From positions 16,789 through 80,788 of the forward strand of contig JAPDFW010000016.1 of NCBI GenBank assembly GCA_028826165.1: DNA of 64,000 nucleotides, written 5' to 3'. Under the pieces are notes generated by a model that saw only the letters and a program-made list of their open reading frames with translations, was not told where the DNA came from and did no database searches. Made by a program: the position numbers and the translations under genes. The stretch's first letter is position 1; each line of letters opens with the position of its first letter. The stretch is from Anaeramoeba ignava BMAN. Its lineage: Eukaryota; Protista; Anaeramoebae. Below are positions 36,391 through 49,689 of the stretch, one piece after another.

Positions 36391-36729
36391 TAAAATGATT
36401 TGCTAGTTTTTTTTTTTTTTTTAAATTGAGAAAAGTGGCAAAAATTAAAAAAAAAAGAAAAATGAATTTTTTATTTTTTATTTTTGATCTGTTTTTTTTT
36501 TATATTTTTATTTTGAAACGTGAGTTTTTGTTTTATTTAAGTAAATTTAAAAAATAAATTGTAAATTCTATTTAAAAATTTAATTCAATTCAATTTTATT
36601 TTATTTTATTTTGGGGTAAATTTTTGAATTATGAATTTTTTAATTGACAAAAAAAAAAAAAAAAAATTAAAAGGAAAAAAAAAGGAATTTTGTTTTGAAT
36701 CTTTAATTATTTTAATTTGTTTTAAAACA

Positions 36730-38290
36730 ATAAATTTGTTTATAAATTTTATTATAAATTTTATTATAAATTTGTTTATAAATATGTTTATAAATTTCTT
36801 TCATTTTTTGTTTATAAATTTGTTAATAAATTTGTTTATAAATTTCCTTCATTTTGTGTTTATAAATTTGTTTATAAATTTGTTTATAAATTTGTTTATA
36901 AATTTTATTATAATTTTGTTAATAAATTTGTTTATAAATTTGTTTATAAATTTGTTTATAAATTTGTTTATAAATTTGTTTATAAATTTGTTTATAAATT
37001 TTATTATAATTTTGTTTATAAATTTGTTTATAAATTTGTTTATAAATTTTATTATAAATTTGTTTATAAATTTGTTTATAAATTTGTTTATAAATTTCCT
37101 TCATTTTGTTTATAAATTTGTTTATAAATTTGTTTATAAATTTGTTTATAAATTTGTTTATAAATTTGTTTATAAATTTGTTTATAAATTTGTTTATAAA
37201 TTTGTTTATAAATTTGTTTATAAATTTGTTTATAAATTTGTTTATAAATTTGTTTATAAATTTGTTTATAAATTTGTTTATAAATTTGTTTATAAATTTG
37301 TTTATAAATTTGTTTATAAATTTGTTTATAAATTTGTTTATAAATTTGTTTATAAATTTGTTTATAAATTTGTTTATAAATTTGTTTATAAATTTGTTTA
37401 TAAATTTGTTTATAAATTTGTTTATAAATTTGTTTATAAATTTGTTTATAAATTTGTTTATAAATTTGTTTATAAATTTGTTTATAAATTTGTTTCATTT
37501 TGTGTTTATAAATTTGTTTATAAATTTGGTTATAAATTTGTTAATAAATTTCCTTCATTTTGTGTTAATAAATTTCCTTCATTTTATGTTTATAAATTTG
37601 TTTATAAATTTGTTTCATTTGTGGTTATAAATTTCCTTCATTTTATGTTTATAAATTTGTTTATAAATTTGTTTATAAATTTGTTTATAAATTTGTTAAT
37701 AAATTTGTTTATAAATTTGTTTATAAATTTGTTTATAAATTTGTTAATAAATTTGTTAATAAATTTGTTTCTAAATTTGTTTATAAATTTGTTTATAAAT
37801 TTGTTTATAAATTTGTTTCATTTTGTGTTTATAAATTTGTTTATAAATTTGTTTCTAAATTTGTTTATAAATTTGTTTATAAATTTGTTTATAAATTTGT
37901 TTCATTTTGTGTTTATAAATTTCTTTCATTTTTTGTTAATAAATTTGTTTATAAATTTCCTTCATTTTTTGTTAATAAATTTGTTAATAAATATGTTTAT
38001 AAATTTGTTTATAAATTTGTTTATAAATTTCTTATTTTTTCTTAATAAATTTCCTTCATTTTATGTTAATAAATTTGTTTATAAATTTGTTAATAAATTT
38101 CCTTCATTATATGTTTATAAATTTGTTTATAAATTTGTTTCATTTTGTGTTTATAAATTTCTTTCATTTTATGTTTATAAATTTGTTTATAAATTTGTTT
38201 CATTTTGTGTTTATAAATTTGTTTATAAATTTGTTTATAAATTTCTTTCATTTTTTCTTAATAAATTTGTTAATAAATGTGTTTATAAAT
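36730..38290. repeat. 12-mer tandem repeat (TTTATAAATTTG) with a perfect core at ~37105-37495
   Basis: Direct inspection; explains the FINL/YKFV/KQIY ORFs. Confidence 0.95.
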
Positions 38291-38383
38291 GTTTTATTTT
38301 ATGTTTATTGAAAAAAAAAATGAAAAAAAAATTTTTTTTTTAAATTTTTTTTAATTTTCATTTTTTTCATTCATAAAAAAAAA

Positions 38384-41300
38384 ATGAAAAATATTCAAAA
38401 AGAAAAAATTCTAATAGAATACAAACCAAAACAAATTCCTCGATTAGCTTCAATGCTAAGAGTGTTTCTGCACAACAAAAAAGAAGAAACAAATGAAAAT
38501 CAAGAAAAAAACGAAGATGAAAAAAAAACAATTGGATTTGATTATGAAAACGAACAGACAAAAAGAACAAAAAGATTCCAACAGAAAAAAAGCATTGAAG
38601 AAACAGTGCGGTTTAAAACCAACGCAGTTGAGCTGAAATGGAGCACTTTTTCACGCGAAATCAATGAATCAGAAACTCAAGGAATTCGAAAACAATTCAA
38701 TAATTTTTTGGAATTAATTTCTAAAATAACGCAAGTAAAAACTCAGGAAGGACTGCATAAAACTGCATACCAAGTTTACCAAACGTTGGTTCGTTTGGAT
38801 CTCTCAAAAAAAGAAAAACTCGAAACCCTTATAATTGGATTTGGAAATGAATGGCAGGAAAAAGTTAATTTTTTCGATTTATTTGATTTGGCTCAATTTT
38901 TAACAAATTGGAGAATAAAAGCAATCGATGATTCTAATAGAAATGGAGGCTTTGTTTCTCATTCTTTTCTTCCCAAAAAACAACCTCCGCAAAAAAGTAC
39001 TTATCTTATTGAAAAACAAAGAGAACGTGATAAAAGAGAACATCAAGAATCAAAAATTAAAGAAAAAAAACAAAAGCAAGAAAAACAAAAAGAAGAACAA
39101 GATAAAATCCAAAAAAAAGAAAGAAAGGAAAAGAAAAAACAAAGGAAACTCGATAGAAAGCAAAAGAAAATAAGCAAAGAAATTGATGAGGAAAAAGAAA
39201 TGGAAAATAAGAAAAGAAACAAAAACAATAAGAAATGGAATTTTAAAAAAGATCAAAATCAAAATCAAGATCAAAATCAAAATCAAAATCAAGATAATTT
39301 AACTGATACTGAAGATAATGAAAATATTAATGAAGATGATCAAAATATTAATGAGAATGATGAAAAACCAAAAGAAAAACCTAAAAAACCCAAAAAACAC
39401 AAAAGAAAAATTGAGGAAGAAATACCAGAAGTAAAACCCCATTTCCATCAAGAATTTGGAATGGGATTCATTTTTTCAGACTTAAATTCCTATCTTGAAA
39501 ATGTGAATCTTGAAGAAGAACGAAAAAAAATCAAAGAATTGCAAGACGAAATCAATCTTCACACTCCCAAAATCAAGGAGCTCAAATTCTCAAAAGCAAT
39601 TCTTTGGCTCAAGCAGAATTTATATCAATCTTTTCCAGATAATGAGAGCAACACTGATATTATACTTTCTGTTTGCAAATTGATATGTTCAAAATCAACA
39701 AATGAACAAATTCAAAATGAAATTTTCGATCTTATTGGCGATTTTGATTTAACACAGATTATCATCCATAATAGAGCAAAATTTATTCGGGAATCGATTC
39801 ATCTCGATTTACTTCGTAATCCTTCAGTCATTTTGGATGAAAATTTTCTTGAGGATGAATTCAAATTCGTCAAATCATCCGGAATTATAAAAACAAAACA
39901 AGACCAAGAATTACTTAAATTTGCCTCAAAATTAGAGAAAAAGGAGCAAATGACAAAAAATCAAAAGAAATCAAAACGCCAAAAATTGCAACAACAAATT
40001 GAAGAATTATATGGGAATCAACCGCTTCAAATGGAAAGTCCAGTTATTGTTAAAAAACTTGGGAAACGAACAAAAAAACGGAAACCAAAACAAACAAAAT
40101 CAGTTCGAGAAACTGCAAAATGGGTTTCTGATCTATCTCAATATTTACAGAGTTTAGGTTATTCTCAACTTAACAAAGCCGTTACTCTTCCTAAAGGAAC
40201 AATTCGTAGGAGTACTGATCAATATGATAATGTTTCTATTCCTGCTCCTAAAATTAAACCTATTCCAAAAGATCGTTTAGTTCCTATTAAAAAATTTGAT
40301 AAGTGGGCTCGCCCTGCTTTTGAAGGTTTTACTCATCTTAATGTTATTCAAACAGAAGTTTTTGAAACTGCTTATAATACAAATGAGAATCTTTTAATTT
40401 GTGCACCAACTGGAGCAGGTTAATCCAAAAAATATATAAAAATATTTAAATTCAAAAAAATATTTAAATTCAAAAAAATATTTAAATTCAAAAAATATTT
40501 AAATTCAAAACAATATTTAAATTCAAAAAATATTTAAATTCAAAAAATATTTAAATTCAAAAAAATATTTAAATTCAAAAAATATTTAAATTCAAAAAAA
40601 TATTTAAATTCAAAAAAATTTATATTTATATTTATATTTATATTTATAAAATTCAAAACAATATTTAAATTTAAAAAATATTTAAATTCAAAACAATATT
40701 TAATTAAAAAATATTTATATTCAAAAAAATATTTAAATTCAAAAAATATTTAATTAAAAAATATTTAAATTCAAAAAAATATTTAAATTCAAAACAATAT
40801 TTAATTAAAAAATATTTAAATTTAAAAAATATTTAAATTCAAAACAATATTTAAATTCAAAACAATATTTAAATTTAAAAAATATTTAAATTCAAAAAAA
40901 TTTAAATTCAAAAATATTTAAATTCAAAACAATATTTAAATTCAAAAAAATATTTAAATTCAAAACAATATTTAAATTTAAAAAAATATTTATATTTATA
41001 TTTATATTTATATTTTAAATATTTAGGAAAAAGTCTCCCTAATAACGCAATAGTTTATACTCCAAAAGGCCCAAAAAGAAATGGTGATCTAAAACCAAAT
41101 GATTTTGTTTGCACTCCTGATGGCAAAATATCCAAAATTTTACAAATATTTCCTCAAGGAATTTTAAACATATACCAAATAACTTTCCAAGATGGTGATA
41201 AAGTAGAATGCAGTGGAGATCATTTATGGTTTATAAATGATAAAGCAAAATCAACTTCGAATATTTACACAACAAAACAAATCATACAAAGACTTAAAGA

Positions 41301-44300
41301 AACTAACTCTCAAATAACAATTAATACTCCTAATCCCTTGAAATTTCAACACAAATCATGCAAAATACACCCATATTTAATGGCCATTTTATTCAACTCA
41401 AAATTGTTTTATAATAAAAACACTTTTAAACTTTATTTTAATTACTCAAGTGGTGATCCATTTATTGACAATAAAGTTTTTCTTCATCTTCAAATCCTTA
41501 TGAAATATCAAAATTGCAAACTTCAAAAACAAACTTCAAATGATTGGATATTATCTTCTTCTTTGGAATCTATTCACCAAAATTCAAATTTTCTGAATAT
41601 GATTGATTATCTTTTTGAAATTGGATTTTTAGAGAAAGAAATTAAAAATAGAAACATTCCTGATGAATATATTTTCAATACAAAAATAATAAGAAAACAA
41701 TTTCTTCAAGCAATTTTGGATCAAAATGGCAAATTCTTCAACCAAAATCAACTTGGATTTTATTCTCTTTCAAAACACTTTGCAAATCAAATTAAACCCA
41801 TAATTCTATCATTAGGAGGATTATTAAACATCACAAAAGAACCAAGAGATGAATCAGGTTTAGGAGATTTATTCAAATGTATTATTGAAGGAATTGATGC
41901 TAAAATATTACTTCATTTCAGAGAAAATTTGAATGGAAAAAATGCAAAATTCGAAAAATGCGAAAGAGTTATCAAGAAAATCAAGAAAATAAGAAAAGAC
42001 GAATGCACATGTATTCTTATCGATCATCCCGAGCATTTATATCTAACAAACAATTTTGTGGTTACACACAATACAAACATTGCATTAATGGCAATTTTGC
42101 ATGAGATTAAAAACCATTTAATAAGCCCAAATATCTTGAATATTCTGAAAACAAAGGAATTCAAAATTATATACATTGCACCAATGAAAGCGCTTGCATC
42201 AGAACAAGTCTCAAATTTTTCAAAACGTCTCGAGTATTTAAAGTTCAAAGTAAAAGAACTGACTGGAGATATGCAACTAACAAAAAAAGAAATTGAAGAA
42301 ACACAAATGATTATAACAACACCCGAAAAATGGGATGTAACAACTCGCAAAACTGGAGGAATATCAATCACAGACATTGTAACCTTGATAATTATTGATG
42401 AAATCCATCTACTTAATGATGATAGAGGATCTGTGATTGAAAGTTTAGTTGCGAGAATCATGAGAAAAATTGAGATGTCTCAAAGAATGATCCGAATTGT
42501 TGGTCTTTCAGCAACATTACCAAATTATCAAGATGTTGCAGAATTTTTAAGAGTGAATGAAAGAGGTTTATTTCATTTTGATTATACTTACAGACCCATT
42601 CCTTTATCTCAAGATTTTTATGGATTTCGAGGTGAAAACCAATCTTATGTTACAAATCTCATGAATAAAAAGGCTTTTGAATTAATAACACAAGTTCTTC
42701 AAGACGATTTACAAGCATTAATTTTTGTGACAAGTAGAAACGAAACAGTCAATTTAGGTTTACAATTTATGAGAATGGTAGAAAAACAAGGATTAGTAAC
42801 ACTTTTTCAACCAAAGAGAACAGAATCTTTTCGAATAATCCAAAAAAATGTTGAAAAATCATCAAATTCTGAATTGAAAAAATTATTTAATTTTTGTAAA
42901 TAATTATTTAAAAATTATTTAATATTTATTTAATATTTATTTAATAATTATTTAAAAATTATTTAATATTTATTTAATATTTATTTAATATTTATTTAAT
43001 ATTTATTTAATATTTATTTAATATTTATTTAATATTTATTTAATATTTATTTAATATTTATTTAATAATTATTTAATATTTATTTAATATTTATTTAATA
43101 TTTATTTAATAATATTTATTTAATATTTATTTAATATTTATTTAATATTTATTTAATAATTATTTATTTAATATTTATTTAATATTTATTTAATATTTAA
43201 TATTTATTTAATATTAAATTTACATTTTTAAAGCTATCGGCATTCATCATGCAGGAATGCTTCGCTCAGATAGAAATTTAATGGAAAAACTATTTAAAAG
43301 TGGTCACATTAAGGTTTTAATATCAACAGCAACATTATCATGGGGTGTTAATCTTCCATCACATACAGTTATTATAAAAGGAACCCAAATTTATAAAGAT
43401 GGTAACTTTGTAGAATATGATCAGCTCAATATTGCACAAATGTGCTTCACAGCAAATACAAAAGTATTGCTTAGTAATGGAAAATGGGAAACAATTAGTG
43501 ATATTGTTAATCTTGGAATTGGTGAATCAGTTTTATCTTTTTGCAAGAAAACAGGTCAATTAGTTCCAAAAAAAATAGTGAATAGATATAAAAATGGAAA
43601 AAGAAAAGTTTGCAGTTTTGTCTTTAAAAACAAAAATGAAATTTCTTGCACAAAAGATCATAAAATACTTTCATCAATCGATTCCAAAAACGGGAAAAAA
43701 TTCAAATGGATCAAAATTGGGGAATTATTAATAAAACAAAAGGAGGAGGAAGGAAAACAAACAGAATTCTCAGCAATATCATTAGCAAAAACAATGAAAA
43801 AAGCAAATTTAACATCAACAAAAATAGAAAAAGCAAATTTAATTTCAAAAGAAAAAAAACGAATTGAATTTGTTTATGATCTTGAAATTGAAGACACACA
43901 TAATTACATTGTAAACGAAAACTTGTGTCTGATTGCTCACAATTGCGGAAGAGCTGGACGTCCTCAATACGACACTTCTGGACACAGCATTATTCTAACA
44001 ACCCATGACCAAATTGATAGATATGTTAATATGGTGATTCATAAAAAGCCTATTGAGAGTCGGTTCCAAGAAAATTTGCCCGACAATCTCAACGCAGAAG
44101 TAATATTAGGCACAGTAACAGATGTTAGAGAAGCCTCTATATGGTTGCAATACAGCTATTTAATGGTTCGAGCATTGAAAGCACCATCAAATTATGGGAT
44201 CGGTTGGGAAGAAAAAGTCAACGATCCAACTCTCAGTGAATTCCGAAGAAATATCATCACACAAACAGCAAAAATCCTAACCGAAGCAAAAATAATCCGC

Positions 44301-47300
44301 TATGATGAAATTTCGGAGACTTTATCCCCAACAGATTTGGGAAGAGTTGCTAGTCATTATTATATTAAATACCAAACAATCAAAATGTTTAATGAAAAAC
44401 TAAAAAGTACAATGAATGATGACAAAGTCTTTGAAATGGTCAGTCTTTCTTCGGAATTCGAAAGACTGAAAGTAAGAGAGGAAGAGATCCCCGAATTGGA
44501 AGAGTTAGCAGAAACAACATGCCCAATCAAAGTTATTGGCGGATGCGAACAATCTTATGGGAAAGCAAATATTCTATTGCAATCTTATATTTCACGAACA
44601 AGATTGAATACATTTTCGTTAATTTCAGATCAGAACTATGTTTCCCAAAACGCAGTAAGAATCCTTCGCGCTGCGTTTGAAATTAGTCTCAACAAAGGAT
44701 GGAGTTCAACAGCTTTAAGAGTACTCACAATTTACAAAATGGTTGAAAGAAAAATATGGAACTTTCAAAATTCACTGATGCAAATTGAAGGCATTTCGCC
44801 GGGAATTATCAAAAAATTGGATCGGAATAATTTAACAATTGACAAACTAAGTGATATGGATGCTGGCGAGATTGGATATCTTTTGCGCAGTCCAGCTTTA
44901 GGTCACAGCATTAAGCAAAAAATTGAATATTTTCCAGTTATTGATATGGATATTGAAGTTCAGCCAATTACGCGTTCAGTTTTAAGACTAAAACTTAATA
45001 TTCATCCTCTATTTCAATGGAACGGAGGAATTCATGGCGATTCTCAACCCTGGTGGATTTGGGTTGAAGATTTTAATTCAGAGCATATTTATCATTCAGA
45101 GTTATTTATTTTAACTCGAAAAAATCTTAATCAAGAACATAATATCACTTTTACTATCCCTATTTTTGATCCTTTACCTCCTCAATATTATGTCCGCATT
45201 GCTTCGGATTTCTTTGTTGGTGCTGAACAAATTTTCCCTGTTTCTTTTAAGCATTTAATTCTTCCTGAACATTATATTCCTCATACAGAATTACTTAATT
45301 TGATACCTCTTCCTATTGATGCTTTAAAAAATGAAAAATATCAAAGTTTATTTTCATTTACTCATTTTAATCCAATTCAAACACAAGTATTTTTTACTTT
45401 ATATCATACAAATGTAAGTATTTTTAAAGTATTTTTAAAATATTTATTTATAAAATTTATTTAAAATATTTATTATAAAATTTATTTAAAATATTTATTT
45501 AAAATATTTATTTAATAATATTTATTTATTAATATTTATTTAAAATATTTATTTAAAATATTTATTTATAATATTTATTTAATAATATTTATTTAAAATA
45601 TTTATTTAATAATATTTATATAATATTTATTTAAAATATTTATTTATTAATATTTATTAAAATATTTATTTATTAATATTTATTTATAATATTTAATCTT
45701 GATTTAAAAAGAAAAATGTTTTATTGGGAGCTCCAACTGGTTCTGGAAAAACAATTGCAGCTGAAATTGCTATATTTAGAGTATTCAATGAATATCCAAA
45801 TAAAAAAACAATTTATATTGCACCATTAAAAGCACTTGTTAGAGAAAGAATGAAAGATTGGAAAGAAAGATTTGTTAAGAAACTTGGGAAATCAGTTGTT
45901 GAATTAACAGGAGATGTTATGCCAGATAGAATGGCTTTGAAAAAAGCTGATGTTGTTGTTTCTACTCCTGAAAAATGGGATGGTATTAGTAGAAGTTGGA
46001 AATCAAGAAGTTATGTTAAAGATGTTGCTTTGATTGTTATTGATGAAATTCATCTTCTTGGTTCTGATCGTGGTCCTATTTTGGAAATGATTGTTTCTCG
46101 AATGAGGTAATTAGAAAATGAATTTAAAATTTAGAAATAAATTTAAAATTTAGAAATCAATTTATAATTTAAAAATAAATTTAAATTTAAAATGAATTTA
46201 AAAATCAATTTAAAATTTAGAAATAAATTTATAATTTAAAATTTAGAAATCAATTTAAAATTTAGAAATGAATTTAAAATTTAAAAATAAATTTATAATT
46301 TAAAAATCAATTTAAAATTTAAAAATGAATTTAAAAATAAATTTATAATTTAAAATTTAAAAATCAATTTAAAATTTATAATTTAAAAATCAATTTAAAA
46401 TTTATAATTAAAAAATAATTAAAAATAAATTTATAATTTAAAATCACAAAGATATATCGCAAGCCAAACAAACTCAGAATCTAGATTTATAGGATTATCA
46501 ACAGCGTTGGCAAATGCCGCAGATATTGCACAATGGTTAGATGTTGACAGCTCAGGAATGTTTAATTTTAGGCCATCAGTTCGACCAGTTCCATTAGAAA
46601 CTCACATTCAAGGATTCTCAGGAAAACATTACTGTCCAAGAATGGATACAATGAATAAACCTGCTTATCAATCAATAAAACTTCACTCATCATCAAAACC
46701 AACCTTGATTTTTGTTTCTTCAAGAAGACAAACAAGATTAACTGCATTTGCTTTAATTTCTTTAAGTGTTGCAAATCTTACTCCAAATGAATTCCAAAGA
46801 ATGACTGAGGAGGAAATGAATGTAATTTTGCCAAAAATCAGAGATAAAAATTTAAAGCATACTTTGGAATTTGGTATCGGTTTGCATCACGGAGGTTTAT
46901 CTACATCTGATCGTAAAATTGTTGAAAATTTGTTTGCAAAGGAAAAAATTCAATTGTTAGTTTCAACAAGTACTCTTGCTTGGGGTATAAATTTACCAGC
47001 ACATCTTGTTGTAATCAAAGGAACTGAGTTTTATGATGCAAAAACTAGAAAATATGTTGATTTCCCAATCACAGATGTGCTTCAAATGTGTGTTGATGAA
47101 AATTCACCTATTTTAATCAAATCCCAAAATGGATCTTTATTTAAAAAGGCAAAAAATTTGAATTTGGGTGATTTTGTTTGTGGAATTGATTACAATAACA
47201 AGATTAATTGTGGAAGAATTCAAAGAATATTCACCAGACAATCCCAAGCAAAAAAATTTTCATTTGATAATGGAACACAACTAATTATGAATAATCATCC

Positions 47301-49682
47301 TGTTTTGATGTGGAATGGAGAATGGGAAAATTCAGATAATCTTTCCATTGGCGATTCTGTTTGCTCAATGACAAAGATTTATCATTCAAAATTTACAAAA
47401 TCTTTAATTGATTATTTTACAAATTTTTCAAAACAATTTAACTCTTTTTATGATAATAATCAGGATATAATCAAAAGAATCAAACAATCAAATGTTTCCG
47501 AATTACTTTGGTTTCTTGGAATTTTATATGAAAATTCAAATTCAAATTATTTCAAAAAACTCGATAAATTTTCTAATGAGCTTAATGATGAATATAACAA
47601 AATTCAATTTGGAATCTATAAAAGAAACGAAGTTTATCATCAAATTATTAAAATTCTCAATTTTTTCAACATGAATTATCAAGTTTGCCAAACAGAAAAT
47701 GAATATCAATTTGAAGTTGATTGCTTAATTTTAAAACACTTCATTCATCATTTACGAAGAAACAACTCTTTTGAAAAGGAATCCATTTTGATTGAACTCA
47801 AAAAGCAAGAAAAAATATCATTTATTTGTGGAATAATTGACTCAAAAGGAAAAATCAAGAACAAAACAAAATCAATATCGATTCAAACACAAAAAAGCAA
47901 AATAGCATCACAATTAAGAAATATTTTATATTCGCTTGGAATTTATTCATTAATCCAAAAAAAATCACGACAAAATACACAAAAAATTGAGATCAAATCA
48001 GGATTTAAAAAATTAGAAAACAATTCAATTTACGTTGAAAAGAACATTAACCAAATTGGCAAATGGAAAGATATTTCACTGAAAGGAGATTGCACAAAAA
48101 CAGTTGTTATTGGAATTGAAGAAGTTGGATTAGTAAATTTATATAATTTTTCAGTTGAAAACATCGAAACATATATTTGTGATAATATTGTGACTCATAA
48201 CTGTGGTCGAGCAGGAAGACCTCAATTTGATACTTCAGGAAAGGCTGTAATTATGGTTCAAGATAAAAAGAAAGATTTTTACCGTAAATTTTTATTTGAT
48301 CCTTTCCCTGTTGAATCTTCTTTGATTAAATATCTTCACGATCATATAAATGCTGAAATTGTTTCAGGAACGATTACAAACAAACAAGATATGATGGTAT
48401 ATTTATTCAAAAATATTTAATTTTTAAATATAAATTTAAATATAAATTTAAATTTAAATTTGATTATTTTTGATAGGATTTTTTCACATGGACTTATCTT
48501 TTTAGAAGATTATCAATTAATCCAAGTTATTACCAAATTGAAGATGCGAGTACAGAAGGAATCAACAAATTTCTCTCCAAATTAATCGAAGAAACAACAG
48601 CAGATTTAGAAGAAACAGGATGTATTGAAGCTAATGAAATGACTCAAGAATTAATACCAACAACATCAGGAGAAATTGCATCATTTTATTATTTGAATTA
48701 CAAATCAATTGATAATTTCCAGAAAAATTTAAAACAAGATTGTGGAATTGAAGAATTAATTCGCATCATTTCAAATTGTTCCGAATTTAGTGAATTGCCA
48801 GTTCGACATAATGAGAATGAATTGAATCAAGAATTAGCAACAAAAATTAGATTCCAAATGAGAGGAGGATTTGATAAACCAAGTGTGAAAACAAATATAT
48901 TACTACAAACACATTTTTCAAGAGGAAAATTGCCAATAAGTGATTATATCACGGATACAAAATTAGTTTTGGATCAAATTGTTCGTGTTGCGCAAGCAAT
49001 GATTGATGTAATTTCAGATCGTGGATGGTTATTAGCATCCCTTTTATCATTTAATATCTTGCAAATGGTTTCTCAAGCTTTGTGGTTTGATGATTCCACT
49101 CTTTATACACTGCCTTATATTGATCAAAAAATGGTTGATTTATTTTCACAGAATAAAATTTACACTTTACCTCAATTACTTTCAATCGATCCAAAAATCG
49201 TTTATAATATTTTGAAACAAGGAAATTCAAATCTTGAGAAGGAAGAAATTTCTGAAATTTTGGAAGTGATTAGAAATTTACCTTCTGTTAAATTGGATGT
49301 TGATTCAACTTTTAAATTGGAAAATGGTTTTAATATTCAAGAAGATGAAATTGTGATTGAACTTCAATTGAAATATCTTAAGCCTTATCATCAAGCATTT
49401 GCCCCAAGATTTCCTAAACAAAGAGATATTACTTGGTCTTTGATTTTAGGTGATTTGAAAAAGGATCTTCTTTTCTCTTTGAAAAGAGTTCTTTTTAAAT
49501 CAAAAGCAAATCCAAAATTGAGGTTTATTTTGGATCAAGATGAAATTGATATTTTAGAGAAAGGACAAAAAATTGAATGGGACTTATTTTTGTTATGTGA
49601 TAAATATTTAGGATTAGATCAACAATACAAGATAGTTTTGATGAAGAAAGAATCAATAATATATGCAAAACTGAAAGTTTAA
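38384..49682 (+). CDS. ASCC3: ASCC3/Slh1-type Ski2-like double-cassette helicase with three inteins; exons 38384-40418, 41027-42895, 43234-45413, 45712-46106, 46452-48396, 48477-49682
   Basis: Two cassettes ([21 protein letters not shown] and [21 protein letters not shown]) with Sec63 domains; ASCC3-type GKHYCPRM and [26 protein letters not shown]; spliced ORF is 3209 aa, or 2324 aa after removing the inteins. Confidence 0.9.
41032..42072 (+). mobile_element. Intein 1 of the helicase (347 aa), in Walker A GAGK|T; class-3-like with degenerate LAGLIDADG domain
   Basis: Starts [13 protein letters not shown]; block B ECSGDHLW; block F CTCILID; ends VVTHN|T; excision restores APTGAGKTNIAL. Confidence 0.92.
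43443..43943 (+). mobile_element. Intein 2 of the helicase: 167-aa mini-intein in motif VI of the N-terminal cassette (QM|CGRAGR)
   Basis: [13 protein letters not shown]; CTKDH; [14 protein letters not shown]; IAHN|C. Confidence 0.95.
47089..48201 (+). mobile_element. Intein 3 of the helicase (371 aa), in motif VI of the C-terminal cassette (QM|CGRAGR), with degenerate LAGLIDADG domain
   Basis: [10 protein letters not shown]; NNHPVL; [10 protein letters not shown]; LYNFSVE; IVTHN|C. Confidence 0.93.
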
Positions 49683-49689
49683 TTTTAGA

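Noticed and set aside
36631-38343. 570-aa FINL/YKFV ORF and overlapping KQIY ORFs
   Set aside because: 12-mer tandem repeat artefacts
38384-49682. Calling the helicase BRR2/SNRNP200
   Set aside because: The C-terminal cassette keeps intact GSGKT/DEIH/GRAGR and ASCC3-type HYCPRM, whereas the second cassette of Brr2 is degenerate
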